64,000 nucleotides of DNA from an uncultured Candidatus Peribacteria bacterium. GTDB taxonomy: Bacteria > Patescibacteriota > Gracilibacteria > RBG-16-42-10. The position numbers and the translations under genes are program-made. Every line of letters starts with the position of its first letter. The stretch's first letter is position 1. The notes beneath the pieces were generated by a model. The model had not been told where the DNA came from, did no database searches, and was given only the letters and a program-made list of their open reading frames with translations. Below are positions 40,767 to 49,509 of this stretch, piece by piece. The DNA lies in assembly GCA_964514565.1 (NCBI GenBank), contig CAZERA010000002.1, forward strand, positions 68,111 to 132,110, written 5' to 3'.

Positions 40767-40853
40767 AATAAATAGTTCTAATGCAATTTTATTTAATTCA
40801 GAAAAAGCTGTCTTTAGCTGATACTGAGGACTTTGGTACGAACTTGGGGTAGG

Positions 40854-40869
40854 TCCCGCTTGTGCGGGA
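40854..40869. repeat. TCCCGC-N4-GCGGGA palindrome directly 3' of tRNA-Gln
   Basis: Same stem at 30803-30818 and 48996-49011. Confidence 0.65.
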
Positions 40870-40943
40870 TGGTTCGGGGATAGGGACTCGAACCCCAACT
40901 CACAGCTCCAGAGGCTGTTGTCCTACCATTAGACGATCCCCGA
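40870..40943 (-). tRNA. tRNA-Gln (CUG)
   Basis: Cloverleaf TCGGGGA...ACAGC-CT-CTG-GA-GCTGT...TTCGAGT...TCCCCGA-A-CCA. Confidence 0.95.
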
Positions 40944-41000
40944 ATACAAAACAAACCGGGCCGATATTAGCTTACTTTGAGGGTGTAGGAAAGCCCAAGC

Positions 41001-41125
41001 AAGGTAGGTAAGAGTTAATAAGTAAGAGGTGAAAAATGTAGCTGCTAGTTTTCCATATGCATGGAGAGCATGATGGATCTATAAGCCAATACATTTCTTA
41101 CCTCTTACCTTTTACTTTTTACCTC
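41001..41125. repeat. Intergenic heptamer inverted-repeat element, copy E
   Basis: GTAAGAGGTGAAAAATGTAGCTGC ... TACATTTCTTACCTCTTACCTTTTACTTTTTACC; shares 17 nt exactly with copy B. Confidence 0.7.
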
Positions 41126-41163
41126 ATAAGCTTAAACTGAAATTGTCAGTCCCCAAAAATAAC

Positions 41164-42093
41164 ATGCTCGATAATAAAAGTATTGTCGACTACATCACCG
41201 AGTTTCTCGAACATGCTGAGATCAATAAGAATCAGGCCATGAAGACTATCATCAACTATCAGCATTATTTGATGCGATTTGTTGATTTCGCTGGTCTCAT
41301 CAAGCCCCATGAGATTACTACCGTGATTACCCAGAAGTACCGTGTGTACTTGAATAGAATCAATGACAAACATGGATTACCACTGAGTAAGAAGACTCAA
41401 AGCTATCACATGATAGCGCTGCGTGCTTTTTTGAAATACTTATTACGAATGGACATACCTACTCTCAGTCCTGAAAAAGTAGATGTGGGTAAGCTAGAAC
41501 AACGCAGTGTGGAATTTTTGCAATCAGAAGAAATTAAAGCGTTGTTGGCTACGATCGACACCAGCAAGACTATCGGCATTCGCAACCTAGCAATCATTGA
41601 GCTGCTTTATTCTACTGGTTTGCGTGTAAGCGAAATGGTGAATCTCGATCGTGATCGTATTGATCTAATCAGAAGAGAATTCATGGTCAGAGGCAAAGGC
41701 TCCAAAACGCGCATTGTATTCATCAGCAAACACGCAGCAAATATGGTAGAAAACTATCTGGCTACTCGAGATGACAAATGGAAACCACTTTTTATTAGCT
41801 ACAGCCGACCGCGCAATCAAGGCATCAAAAGTCTAGGTGAACACAAAAGAATCACAGCACTCAGTATCCAAAATATGGTAAGAACCTACGCCCTCAAAGC
41901 CGGCATTCAAAAACACGTTACACCGCATACACTCCGACACTCTTTTGCTACCAATCTACTACAAAATGGCGCTGACCTGCGCTCAGTACAAGAACTCTTG
42001 GGTCATGCCAGCATTACTACTACCCAGGTTTATACACACTTAACTGATCGTAGACTACGAGAGGTCCACGAGAAGTTTCATCACAGTACCTAA
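41164..42093 (+). CDS. XerC/XerD-family tyrosine recombinase
   Basis: STGLRVSE, RGKGSK.R, TPHTLRHSFAT, LLGHA..TTQVYTH. Confidence 0.92.
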   Translation: MLDNKSIVDYITEFLEHAEINKNQAMKTIINYQHYLMRFVDFAGLIKPHEITTVITQKYRVYLNRINDKHGLPLSKKTQSYHMIALRAFLKYLLRMDIPTLSPEKVDVGKLEQRSVEFLQSEEIKALLATIDTSKTIGIRNLAIIELLYSTGLRVSEMVNLDRDRIDLIRREFMVRGKGSKTRIVFISKHAANMVENYLATRDDKWKPLFISYSRPRNQGIKSLGEHKRITALSIQNMVRTYALKAGIQKHVTPHTLRHSFATNLLQNGADLRSVQELLGHASITTTQVYTHLTDRRLREVHEKFHHST

Positions 42094-42097
42094 AACT

Positions 42098-42655
42098 CTA
42101 ACGACCAGGGTTAGCTTGACCATCCCCTATCGGAGCGACTGGACGAGCTGTAATCAACAGGTTCGGATTGACTTGAATGACTCGGCTATCAGTAGGAATC
42201 CCCACTCGTGGTTGAGCAGAGACAGTTGGATTACCCAAACTAGTAGGGTTGACGACCGCAGTACCAGAACGAGGCGAAACAGGTACAGCAACAGGCACTA
42301 CTGGTGTAGCTACTGGCACAGCATTGCCATACATACTACCAGTATCCAAATAGTTGGTAATAGTGGTGACTGCAGCGTAAGCCAAAAGAATAATCACAAT
42401 ACCAGTGACGGCATAGGTCATAATTGTTTTTGCTTTCTTCACTTTCTCACCTTGTCCTCTAGAAAGCATATAAGAAAACCCCGCCCAGACAAACATCAAG
42501 AATGCCAACGTCCCCACAAAACCCAAAAACCAATTGAGAATTGTACCGACCAATACTACAAAACTAGTCTGAGTGGAAAGACCACCTGGACGATCAAAGC
42601 CTTGTGTAGTAAAGCCATTTAGACGCGCTATTTGGAGAAAGAACCACGCAGACAT
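42098..42655 (-). CDS. TrbC/VirB2-like pilin paralog with Pro/Val-rich C-terminal tail
   Basis: LGFVGTLAFLMFVWAGFSYM.S.G..EKVKKAK..MTYAVTGIVIILLAYA. Confidence 0.75.
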   Translation of the reverse strand: MSAWFFLQIARLNGFTTQGFDRPGGLSTQTSFVVLVGTILNWFLGFVGTLAFLMFVWAGFSYMLSRGQGEKVKKAKTIMTYAVTGIVIILLAYAAVTTITNYLDTGSMYGNAVPVATPVVPVAVPVSPRSGTAVVNPTSLGNPTVSAQPRVGIPTDSRVIQVNPNLLITARPVAPIGDGQANPGR

Positions 42656-42682
42656 AGAGTACAAATCAATGGTAGAAACAAG

Positions 42683-42722
42683 AAAAGACCCGGCCAACTA
42701 TATACTAGCAGCCGAGTCTTTT
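42683..42722 (-). terminator. Intrinsic terminator between the two pilin genes
   Basis: Minus strand AAAAGACTCGGCTG...TTGGCCGGGTCTTTT. Confidence 0.7.
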
Positions 42723-42736
42723 CCAAAAGCACAGAA

Positions 42737-43099
42737 TTAACGACCAGCTAAACTGCTAGTAAGTGTATTGACGATTGCGTATGACAACAAAATAATTACG
42801 ATACCAATGATAGCGTAAAGGATTGTGTTCTTCGCATCTTTTGTAGCATCAGATTTACCAGATGAAGTAAGGTAACGGAAGCCACCCCAAATCAACATAA
42901 GTACAGCTAGTGTACCAACGAAACCAAGAAGGAAGTTGATAATGAATGTCAACAAATCGAGGAAGCTGGTCTGGGCTGGAAGATTGTCAGGAAGAGGCAA
43001 GGTATTGCTACCAAGACCTGTACCGCCTGATACAGCGAATACTGCACGAGGAGTAAGCATGAGAGCAACTCCAAGCAAACCTTGAGTGAAACGTTTCAT
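42737..43099 (-). CDS. TrbC/VirB2-like (T4SS-type) pilin, probable major pilin
   Basis: Signal-like N-terminus ending AVFA; FVGTLAVLMLIWGGFRYLTSSG...AKNTILYAIIGIVIILLSYAIVN; strong SD GGGGGTGAG before ATG 43099. Confidence 0.82.
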   Translation of the reverse strand: MKRFTQGLLGVALMLTPRAVFAVSGGTGLGSNTLPLPDNLPAQTSFLDLLTFIINFLLGFVGTLAVLMLIWGGFRYLTSSGKSDATKDAKNTILYAIIGIVIILLSYAIVNTLTSSLAGR

Positions 43100-43234
43100 A
43101 GTGCTCACCCCCTTTCGAGTCTGAGATGAATCAACAGACTGATTATTTGAACTAGCTGATAATTTAGACATGCTTTTTTTTGTTATGTCATTACATACTA
43201 CTATATTTATTTGCCCCAAGTCAATTCCCCCACC

Positions 43235-44650
43235 CTACTTAGTGGTAGTAGCCTTATCACCCTGCACTTGAAAGTATGGAGTAATAATAGCATTGAGATC
43301 ATATTCAAGCTTACGCAGAGTATTGAAACTAGTGCTTGCTTTATTAGCTACTTGCTCAATACCATCAGCAAACGCGGTATCAAAAGTAGCCTTATCAAAG
43401 AGCACTAGACTCTCAGCAAATTTGGCCTGACGATGAAATACTCGGAGTGGATTGTCTGAATCAGTATTAATCATATCCTCACGACTAGGTGGCCGTGGAT
43501 GATGCTCATAGTAAGCACCCAAAGTAACTTTGCTAGTCATAAATTTAATGAAATCCCAAGCAAGCTGAGGTTGATCAGAGCTCTTTGATACAGCAGGTGC
43601 CCAGTAACTAGCGAATGCCACCTTTTCATTGTTGGCCGCAGCATCATCACTTTGAGGGATTTCAGCTACATCAAACTTTAAGTTGCTATTCTTACCCAAG
43701 GTCACAATTTGATCATAATCACTTGCATAGCCAAAGAAACAACTCACCTTACCACGAATAAACGCATCAATATCCTGGAAGATATTATTAGTTTCCTGTC
43801 CCTTGAGATAGTTACTATCCCACATATAGTTGGCTGAGCTTGGATCACTATAGCTGACATAATCATCTAATGCCTCTTTGGCATCACGATTATCAGCAAG
43901 CATTACTGCGCTACACTTTTCATCACGACACACCTTACCTCCCCTCTGAAGAATATTGGTGTAAAGAATGTCTGTCGCATACTTAATATTCTTCGCTGTT
44001 CCTAGGGCTGCACCACTTCTACTAATGATTGTGCCATTTTTAGTAGTCATCGCTGTCACTTGATTTTTGAAATTGGTCCAAGTAGTAGCTGGACGTGAGC
44101 TATTGGTATTTCCTGATTGAAACTGCTGAGTATTATAGTACAGAGCCAAAGTATCTACATAGTGAGGTAACGCATAGATCTTTTTATCAAAGATCAAATC
44201 AGTAGCAGCTACTGGCACAAATTGCTCTTTGAATTGATCAAGCGTCATTTGATCAGCTGGCAATGGCAAAAGCTTATTGTAGTACTTTGGTAACCAAGTA
44301 TTATGAATGAACAAAATATCAGGCCCCGTACCTTCGGCCAGCTGATCAAGTAGTAAACGTTCATACTCATCCTCACGCCATTCACGATATTTGATATCAA
44401 AAGTAGCACTTTCAAATTGAGGTGAAGACTTGGCATACTTAATAAAGTCATCAATCACCGGCTGCATATCAGCCTGAGTATCACCTACTCCCCAGATAGA
44501 TAGCGTCAAAGTTTGCTTTTGAGCCCCAGGTCCCCTACCAAAAACTAGAAATAACAAAAACAACAAAACCACCACACCGCCAATAATGGAGAACAGCTTA
44601 ATTTGGCTACTACTAAAATTCATACGAGGGGGTAAAAACAGCTGCATCAT
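43235..44650 (-). CDS. Membrane-anchored sugar-type extracellular solute-binding protein
   Basis: N-terminal TM; GPDI, IYALP..DTLALYYN, AWDFIKFM. Confidence 0.85.
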   Translation of the reverse strand: MMQLFLPPRMNFSSSQIKLFSIIGGVVVLLFLLFLVFGRGPGAQKQTLTLSIWGVGDTQADMQPVIDDFIKYAKSSPQFESATFDIKYREWREDEYERLLLDQLAEGTGPDILFIHNTWLPKYYNKLLPLPADQMTLDQFKEQFVPVAATDLIFDKKIYALPHYVDTLALYYNTQQFQSGNTNSSRPATTWTNFKNQVTAMTTKNGTIISRSGAALGTAKNIKYATDILYTNILQRGGKVCRDEKCSAVMLADNRDAKEALDDYVSYSDPSSANYMWDSNYLKGQETNNIFQDIDAFIRGKVSCFFGYASDYDQIVTLGKNSNLKFDVAEIPQSDDAAANNEKVAFASYWAPAVSKSSDQPQLAWDFIKFMTSKVTLGAYYEHHPRPPSREDMINTDSDNPLRVFHRQAKFAESLVLFDKATFDTAFADGIEQVANKASTSFNTLRKLEYDLNAIITPYFQVQGDKATTTK

Positions 44651-44706
44651 AGCTCATCCCATCCGAGCGAACAAATATGCTATTGTGCACATGTTTAACC
44701 TCCTCC

Positions 44707-45798
44707 ATGAAAAAGTATTCTTTCCTATTTATCGCACTCCTAAGCTTATTTATCCCACTCCAATCAGCTCATGCAGCTGAGATATATAGTGGGCAGACAT
44801 ACTTCCTCAATAAAGATACTATTACGCCAGACAACTTACTCATAGTGAGTGGTAGGGCTCAGGTAGCCGGATTAGTCAAAGGAGATCTGATTATCTTGAG
44901 TGGAGACGTAACAATTAGCGGACAAGTCGATGGAGATGTAATCATGGGGGGAGGAACACTAGATATCCAAGATAAAGCCGTTGTTGGCAAGAACATCCGA
45001 GCAGCTAGTGGCGATGTCCATGTGGACGGCCAAGTAAAAGGATCAGTACAAGTCTTTACGGGCACATTCACCAGTAGTGGCAAAATCAGTGGCAATATCT
45101 ATGCTGATGTAGGCACCTTCTATTTGAATGGCGTAGTCAATGGATCTATCAAAGTAGATGCCAGAAATATTCATTTAGACGAGAAAGCTATTATCCAAGG
45201 CGACTTCAAATACACTAGCCTAGAAGCATTACGCCAAGAGCCAACCGCAAAAGTACAAGGACAGTTGATCAATTTGCCGAGCCAAACAGAAACTCCTTGG
45301 TATCAGAATGCTTATTTCTGGGGAGAACAGTTGGCTAATAGTATTTCATACTGGTTATTGGCACTATTACTGATTTGTTTTTTCCCTAAGCTGACAGCGC
45401 GATATGCCGACACTTTTGGCAAGAATATCCTTTTCAATTTCCTGATGGGTATAGTGAGCATCGGCAGTCTAGCGCTAGCATGTATAGTATTGGCAGTTAC
45501 TATTATTGGCATTCCTCTTTCACTTCTCACCCTCATCATCACTGGCATCAGCCTTTGGTTGGCACCGCTAGGACTAGTTCTATGGTTCACCAAAAATATC
45601 GCAAAGCAAAATTGGTTAGAATCAAAAAGACCATGGCTCACAGCATTTGTACTATTGGCGAGTGTATTTGTCCTGATGGTGTTACAAGCAATCCCATTAC
45701 TCGGCTCTCTAGTCCATCTCCTCACTATTACCTGTGGATTAGGAGCACTAATGATCAGCAAATGGCAATTTTACAAGGAAAGCAAAACCACTCTATAG
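44707..45798 (+). CDS. Bactofilin-like beta-helix repeat protein with C-terminal TM domain
   Basis: Signal peptide; repeated V.G.V.GD units; TIIGIPL and IPLLG TM region. Confidence 0.75.
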   Translation: MKKYSFLFIALLSLFIPLQSAHAAEIYSGQTYFLNKDTITPDNLLIVSGRAQVAGLVKGDLIILSGDVTISGQVDGDVIMGGGTLDIQDKAVVGKNIRAASGDVHVDGQVKGSVQVFTGTFTSSGKISGNIYADVGTFYLNGVVNGSIKVDARNIHLDEKAIIQGDFKYTSLEALRQEPTAKVQGQLINLPSQTETPWYQNAYFWGEQLANSISYWLLALLLICFFPKLTARYADTFGKNILFNFLMGIVSIGSLALACIVLAVTIIGIPLSLLTLIITGISLWLAPLGLVLWFTKNIAKQNWLESKRPWLTAFVLLASVFVLMVLQAIPLLGSLVHLLTITCGLGALMISKWQFYKESKTTL

Positions 45799-45818
45799 TA
45801 GCCCCTTGAAATATTCTT

Positions 45819-46421
45819 ATGGCAAAAATAAGTAATCTAGGTGTATTAGTAGCATCTCTAGCTTTGACGGCAGTAGGTGTAAATGGTTGGAAGCACGAAA
45901 GGCATGAAGCTGAAATACATGAACATCTGAGCTCAGAACAACACTGGCATCTTTACAATAGTGCACCAAGTCGACAAGCGCTTCGATCGCTTCTATCAAG
46001 AAGCCACAATAGTTCAGCCAAGGCTTACGAATTGCTTAGAATAAACCGAGCTATAAATATCTGTCACGAAAATTATCAAGCACATACAAGAACATTTATA
46101 ACTATGTGTGTTCAAAATCCAACATGCAATCGGTCCCTGAGAGTGCACAATCCCAATGGCGCGGTTACTTTATCTGCTACTTACGGCTTAGATGGACTAG
46201 AAGCCAATAGCTTTATCTCAAACTATGCCACACTAAGAATACGAGATATCGTAGATAGTCGAGATGATAACGAACTAACAGAACAAAACACTAGGAGTAT
46301 AGGATATTTGGTAGACAGCCAATTAACCGCAAGTATCACTACCAGCAGAATGGCACTAGAGGCCTGTCAAAGTAAATTAGATTTAGTAGACGCTTCAATT
46401 GCAACACAATCACACAGATAA
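45819..46421 (+). CDS. Hypothetical secreted or membrane-anchored protein
   Basis: 200-aa ORF with N-terminal hydrophobic segment; no recognised motif. Confidence 0.55.
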   Translation: MAKISNLGVLVASLALTAVGVNGWKHERHEAEIHEHLSSEQHWHLYNSAPSRQALRSLLSRSHNSSAKAYELLRINRAINICHENYQAHTRTFITMCVQNPTCNRSLRVHNPNGAVTLSATYGLDGLEANSFISNYATLRIRDIVDSRDDNELTEQNTRSIGYLVDSQLTASITTSRMALEACQSKLDLVDASIATQSHR

Positions 46422-46474
46422 CCACAAAAACCCTCTGCCCTCTGCCCTCTTACCCCTGACCTACTTTTCTCGTC

Positions 46475-46503
46475 TTTACATTTCTCATCTCTCATTGTAG
46501 ATT
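46475..46503 (+). promoter_or_regulatory. Putative sigma70 promoter of rpmG
   Basis: TTTACA-17 bp-TAGATT, preceded by half heptamer repeats at about 46431-46470. Confidence 0.5.
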
Positions 46504-46527
46504 GTCGACGCTCTAAACAAGTAATTT

Positions 46528-46719
46528 ATGGCGAAGAAAACGAATCGCGTTTGGGTGACTATGGAATACAAATTCGAAAGACCAGATGGTACACGTGGTA
46601 GCGAATGTATTTATGTGACAAGCAAAAACAAGAAAACTACTACTGACAAATTGGAACTCAAAAAGTTCTCAAAGGTCATGCACAAACATGTTAAATTCGT
46701 TGAGAAAAAGGGTAAGTAA
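46528..46719 (+). CDS. rpmG: 50S ribosomal protein L33 (no CxxC pairs)
   Basis: YVTSKNKKTTTDKLELKKF..VMHKHV.F.EKK. Confidence 0.9.
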   Translation: MAKKTNRVWVTMEYKFERPDGTRGSECIYVTSKNKKTTTDKLELKKFSKVMHKHVKFVEKKGK

Positions 46720-46745
46720 TCAGACGTTGAGATCAGAAAGAAATT

Positions 46746-46773
46746 AAAAAGGAGCGAAATCGCTCCTTTTTTT
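46746..46773. terminator. Intrinsic terminator, probably bidirectional
   Basis: AAAAAGGAGCGA-AA-TCGCTCCTTTTTTT. Confidence 0.85.
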
Positions 46774-46787
46774 GTACCCACAAGTTA

Positions 46788-47828
46788 TTAATTGGAATTC
46801 GAACGCTTGATTGGTAGTGATTGTCTAATGATTTGATCTAGCTGCTCAAGTGTAACTTCACTGAGTTTATTCCACTCTGCTTCAATCTTGGCCTTGGCAT
46901 CATAATAAGCTTGTCTACTTTCAGCTTTCATATGTGGAAGCAAGCGCATCGCCTTTGCCCAATGCACATGGAACAAACCAATATCAAAGTGCCCGTCTTT
47001 AACTAAATTTTTCTTTAAAAATTCTTTGGGTGGCACCATGAGATTGGCGGCCAATTTAAACCAGCTCATAATCTTGAGCACATAGAAACTAGCATCAATT
47101 TCCCACCAGAAAAAACCCTGCCTGCTACTAGCTGGATAATAGTGATGGTTGTTGTGCCATCCTTCACCACAAGTAATCAAAGCTAAAATAAATGAATTAC
47201 GACTACTATCCCTAGTCACAAAACGACGACGACCAAACACATGAGCAAGCGAGTTGATCGTAAATGTACCATGATAAAGCAGTACAGTAGAGAGCAAAAA
47301 TCCGCCAACCAACATACTCCAGCCACCAAAGGCTAAAGATATCAGTCCCAGTATTGCTGGGGGAATCAAGTAATAACGATCCAAGAAACGCAGCTCGGGG
47401 TATTGCGCAAAGTCCCGAATCAAATCAAGCCGAGGCTTAGCGTACTTCTGACAGACAATCCATCCCATATGACTCCACCAAAAACCACGAATTGGTGAAT
47501 GAATATCATCGATCTGATCAGAATGGTGGTGATGATGACGATGATAAGAAGCCCACCAAAGCGGTCCTTTTTGTGCAGCTGAAGCTCCACCAAAAGCCAT
47601 CACAAACTGCATCCATCGAGGCAGCTGATAACTTCTATGAGCAAAGTATCGATGATACCCAGCTGTAATAAAAAACATGCGAACGAAGTACAAAGCCACA
47701 CAGACAACAATATCAGCTAGGCTCACACCAGTTATCAATAAAAGTAATGGTGTCAGATGCATCAACCAAAACAAAGCAGAGCGTTTCCAATCAATCACCT
47801 CATCATTAGCATTCGTCCCCATAATCAA
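46788..47828 (-). CDS. Delta-9 acyl-CoA/acyl-lipid desaturase
   Basis: His boxes TAGYHRYFAH, HRHHH and GEGWHNNHH; QKGPLWW, INSLAH. Confidence 0.92.
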   Translation of the reverse strand: MIMGTNANDEVIDWKRSALFWLMHLTPLLLLITGVSLADIVVCVALYFVRMFFITAGYHRYFAHRSYQLPRWMQFVMAFGGASAAQKGPLWWASYHRHHHHHSDQIDDIHSPIRGFWWSHMGWIVCQKYAKPRLDLIRDFAQYPELRFLDRYYLIPPAILGLISLAFGGWSMLVGGFLLSTVLLYHGTFTINSLAHVFGRRRFVTRDSSRNSFILALITCGEGWHNNHHYYPASSRQGFFWWEIDASFYVLKIMSWFKLAANLMVPPKEFLKKNLVKDGHFDIGLFHVHWAKAMRLLPHMKAESRQAYYDAKAKIEAEWNKLSEVTLEQLDQIIRQSLPIKRSNSN

Positions 47829-47872
47829 AAATTCAAAAGCAGATCGATCCTACAGCAACAATGATGAACAAA

Positions 47873-48793
47873 CTATTGACGAGATGTTTTTTGTTTTAGT
47901 GGTTCAGTCCAGGTTTGAAATAAAGTCCACATCAGATTATCAGCAATATGATGATGATCATCATCAAGTTTAGCAGGCACATCTGCACCATTTTGAATAC
48001 TCAATTGGTCGATTAAAAGCTTCTTGGCATGCGTTCGTGAAGTAGGAGTATGACGATTCTGAGTGGCAATCAGGTATACAACTCGCAAAAATTGCTCCAA
48101 ATTCACAACTTGAATCCGGCCAGTGTGCAGATCGCTCCACACGTCACTATTTAACCCAACCTTCCCCTTTCTACTATTTACTGGGACAGCACTATTTAAC
48201 TGAGAATAAAGATGGAAACAAACTTCCAATAACACAGCTACTTGATCACAAATTATTTTCAACTCATCTAGTACTGCACAAAATTGCTTATCACCCAAAT
48301 TTTCTTTCAAAGTATTAATAGCCTCAACTTGTAAACGCGCTGGTTGACCGAGAATATCTAGTGAACCTTTAATCGCAGCAAGTGATTGAGTTAGTTTCTC
48401 CAAATCAACGGCTACCACTTTACCTTTAGCTGTTGTCAGCTTGAAAAGACCAAACGAATAAGTTCCTGCAGCTAACTTTCGCGAGAGAATAACTTTTTCG
48501 GCTTTTAACTTTTGTTGTTTTTCTACACACTCAGCAGATACCCTTTGGTGCTCTATAGTATATCTCTGCAACACCAAGAAAAATTGTTCACAAATACTCG
48601 AGAGATTATCGATAGTCTCCCCCACACTGACACGCAACTTTGCTACAGCATCCAATCGTATGGCCGGAGGCTCTTCAGCTACCCCATTTGCACTATCTGC
48701 TTTCGCATATGTCCCACTATCTCGCTTTAGCGAATCCAAATCAACAGTCTTCACATCAGCACCACCTACACCACCATCTCTATCTAATCTCAC
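47873..48793 (-). CDS. Hypothetical helical protein
   Basis: 306-aa ORF with upstream consensus promoter; no recognised motif. Confidence 0.6.
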   Translation of the reverse strand: MRLDRDGGVGGADVKTVDLDSLKRDSGTYAKADSANGVAEEPPAIRLDAVAKLRVSVGETIDNLSSICEQFFLVLQRYTIEHQRVSAECVEKQQKLKAEKVILSRKLAAGTYSFGLFKLTTAKGKVVAVDLEKLTQSLAAIKGSLDILGQPARLQVEAINTLKENLGDKQFCAVLDELKIICDQVAVLLEVCFHLYSQLNSAVPVNSRKGKVGLNSDVWSDLHTGRIQVVNLEQFLRVVYLIATQNRHTPTSRTHAKKLLIDQLSIQNGADVPAKLDDDHHHIADNLMWTLFQTWTEPLKQKTSRQ

Positions 48794-48857
48794 AAAGAAA
48801 AATCAAAAATAAAAAAACTGTCCAAAAACCAACCAGGAAACTAAGACAGTAAGTCAG

Positions 48858-48886
48858 ATTATGGGGCAGATAAGCAAAATTGTCAA
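48858..48886 (-). promoter_or_regulatory. sigma70 promoter of the 47873-48793 ORF
   Basis: TTGACA-17 bp-CATAAT on minus strand. Confidence 0.65.
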
Positions 48887-48995
48887 TAATACAGCATCAA
48901 AGCGCTCATCATAAACCTATTTCTCCAATATCAGTAAAATAGACAAAATTAAAAAATTTCCCAAGCTTAGTTGAGCGAGGAGAATGAAAATGAGA

Positions 48996-49011
48996 TCCCG
49001 CATATGCGGGA
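48996..49011. repeat. TCCCGC-N4-GCGGGA palindrome 3 nt downstream of tRNA-Trp
   Basis: TCCCGC-ATAT-GCGGGA. Confidence 0.65.
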
Positions 49012-49014
49012 GGA

Positions 49015-49088
49015 TGGCAGGCCCGGAAGGAATCGAACCTTCATTGGCGGTTTTGGAGACCGCAGTCCTACCATTAAACGACAGGCCT
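49015..49088 (-). tRNA. tRNA-Trp (CCA)
   Basis: AGGCCTG...GCGGT-CT-CCA-AA-ACCGC...TTCGATT...CGGGCCT-G-CCA. Confidence 0.95.
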
Positions 49089-49145
49089 ATATGCATCTCT
49101 TGATGCGGCCGGATCTTACTTTACCTATGTCTTGGTCGTCAATGA

Positions 49146-49442
49146 CTACTTGGAGTCAGTCTTGGCAGAGCGAGCTAGGAGCTCTTTGATCAAAGGTAAT
49201 TCATAACGATGTCCCAATGCTGCGTAGTAAAATCCCATTACTAGTAAAGCAAAAGAACCGAGCTCTAAAATAATGGTGAGCCACCACCAGGGTAAAAATA
49301 ACCAAATCAAAAGAATGACATGAATCACCAGGGCCTGTCTGGCGTGAAAACGCACAAAAGGCTCATTGCGACCGAGCAAACAAACGATACTTAGCAACGG
49401 CACATAACTCAACGCTGCGATTTTTTTATCTTGCTCAATCAT
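49146..49442 (-). CDS. DUF4870-like small membrane protein
   Basis: AALSY, FVRFHARQAL, G..YELPLI. Confidence 0.75.
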   Translation of the reverse strand: MIEQDKKIAALSYVPLLSIVCLLGRNEPFVRFHARQALVIHVILLIWLFLPWWWLTIILELGSFALLVMGFYYAALGHRYELPLIKELLARSAKTDSK

Positions 49443-49509
49443 AGGTAGAAATAGTCCTTCTTTAGTATATCACAATCTGGTATGATGCCGAGGAATCACG
49501 CTACTTTTT

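Noticed and set aside
40767..40898. N-terminal extension of the lysA ORF call
   Set aside because: It overlaps tRNA-Gln; the recognisable protein starts at ATG 40766.
20415..41125. Heptamer elements as a CRISPR array
   Set aside because: They are dispersed, inverted and degenerate, with no repeat-spacer periodicity and no cas genes.
40870..42093. Tyrosine recombinase beside tRNA-Gln as a prophage or island integrase
   Set aside because: It looks like a housekeeping XerC/D and lies on the 5' side of the tRNA. No duplicated tRNA 3' end or phage genes were seen.
48971..49189. 72-aa ORF
   Set aside because: Antisense to tRNA-Trp; a shadow ORF.
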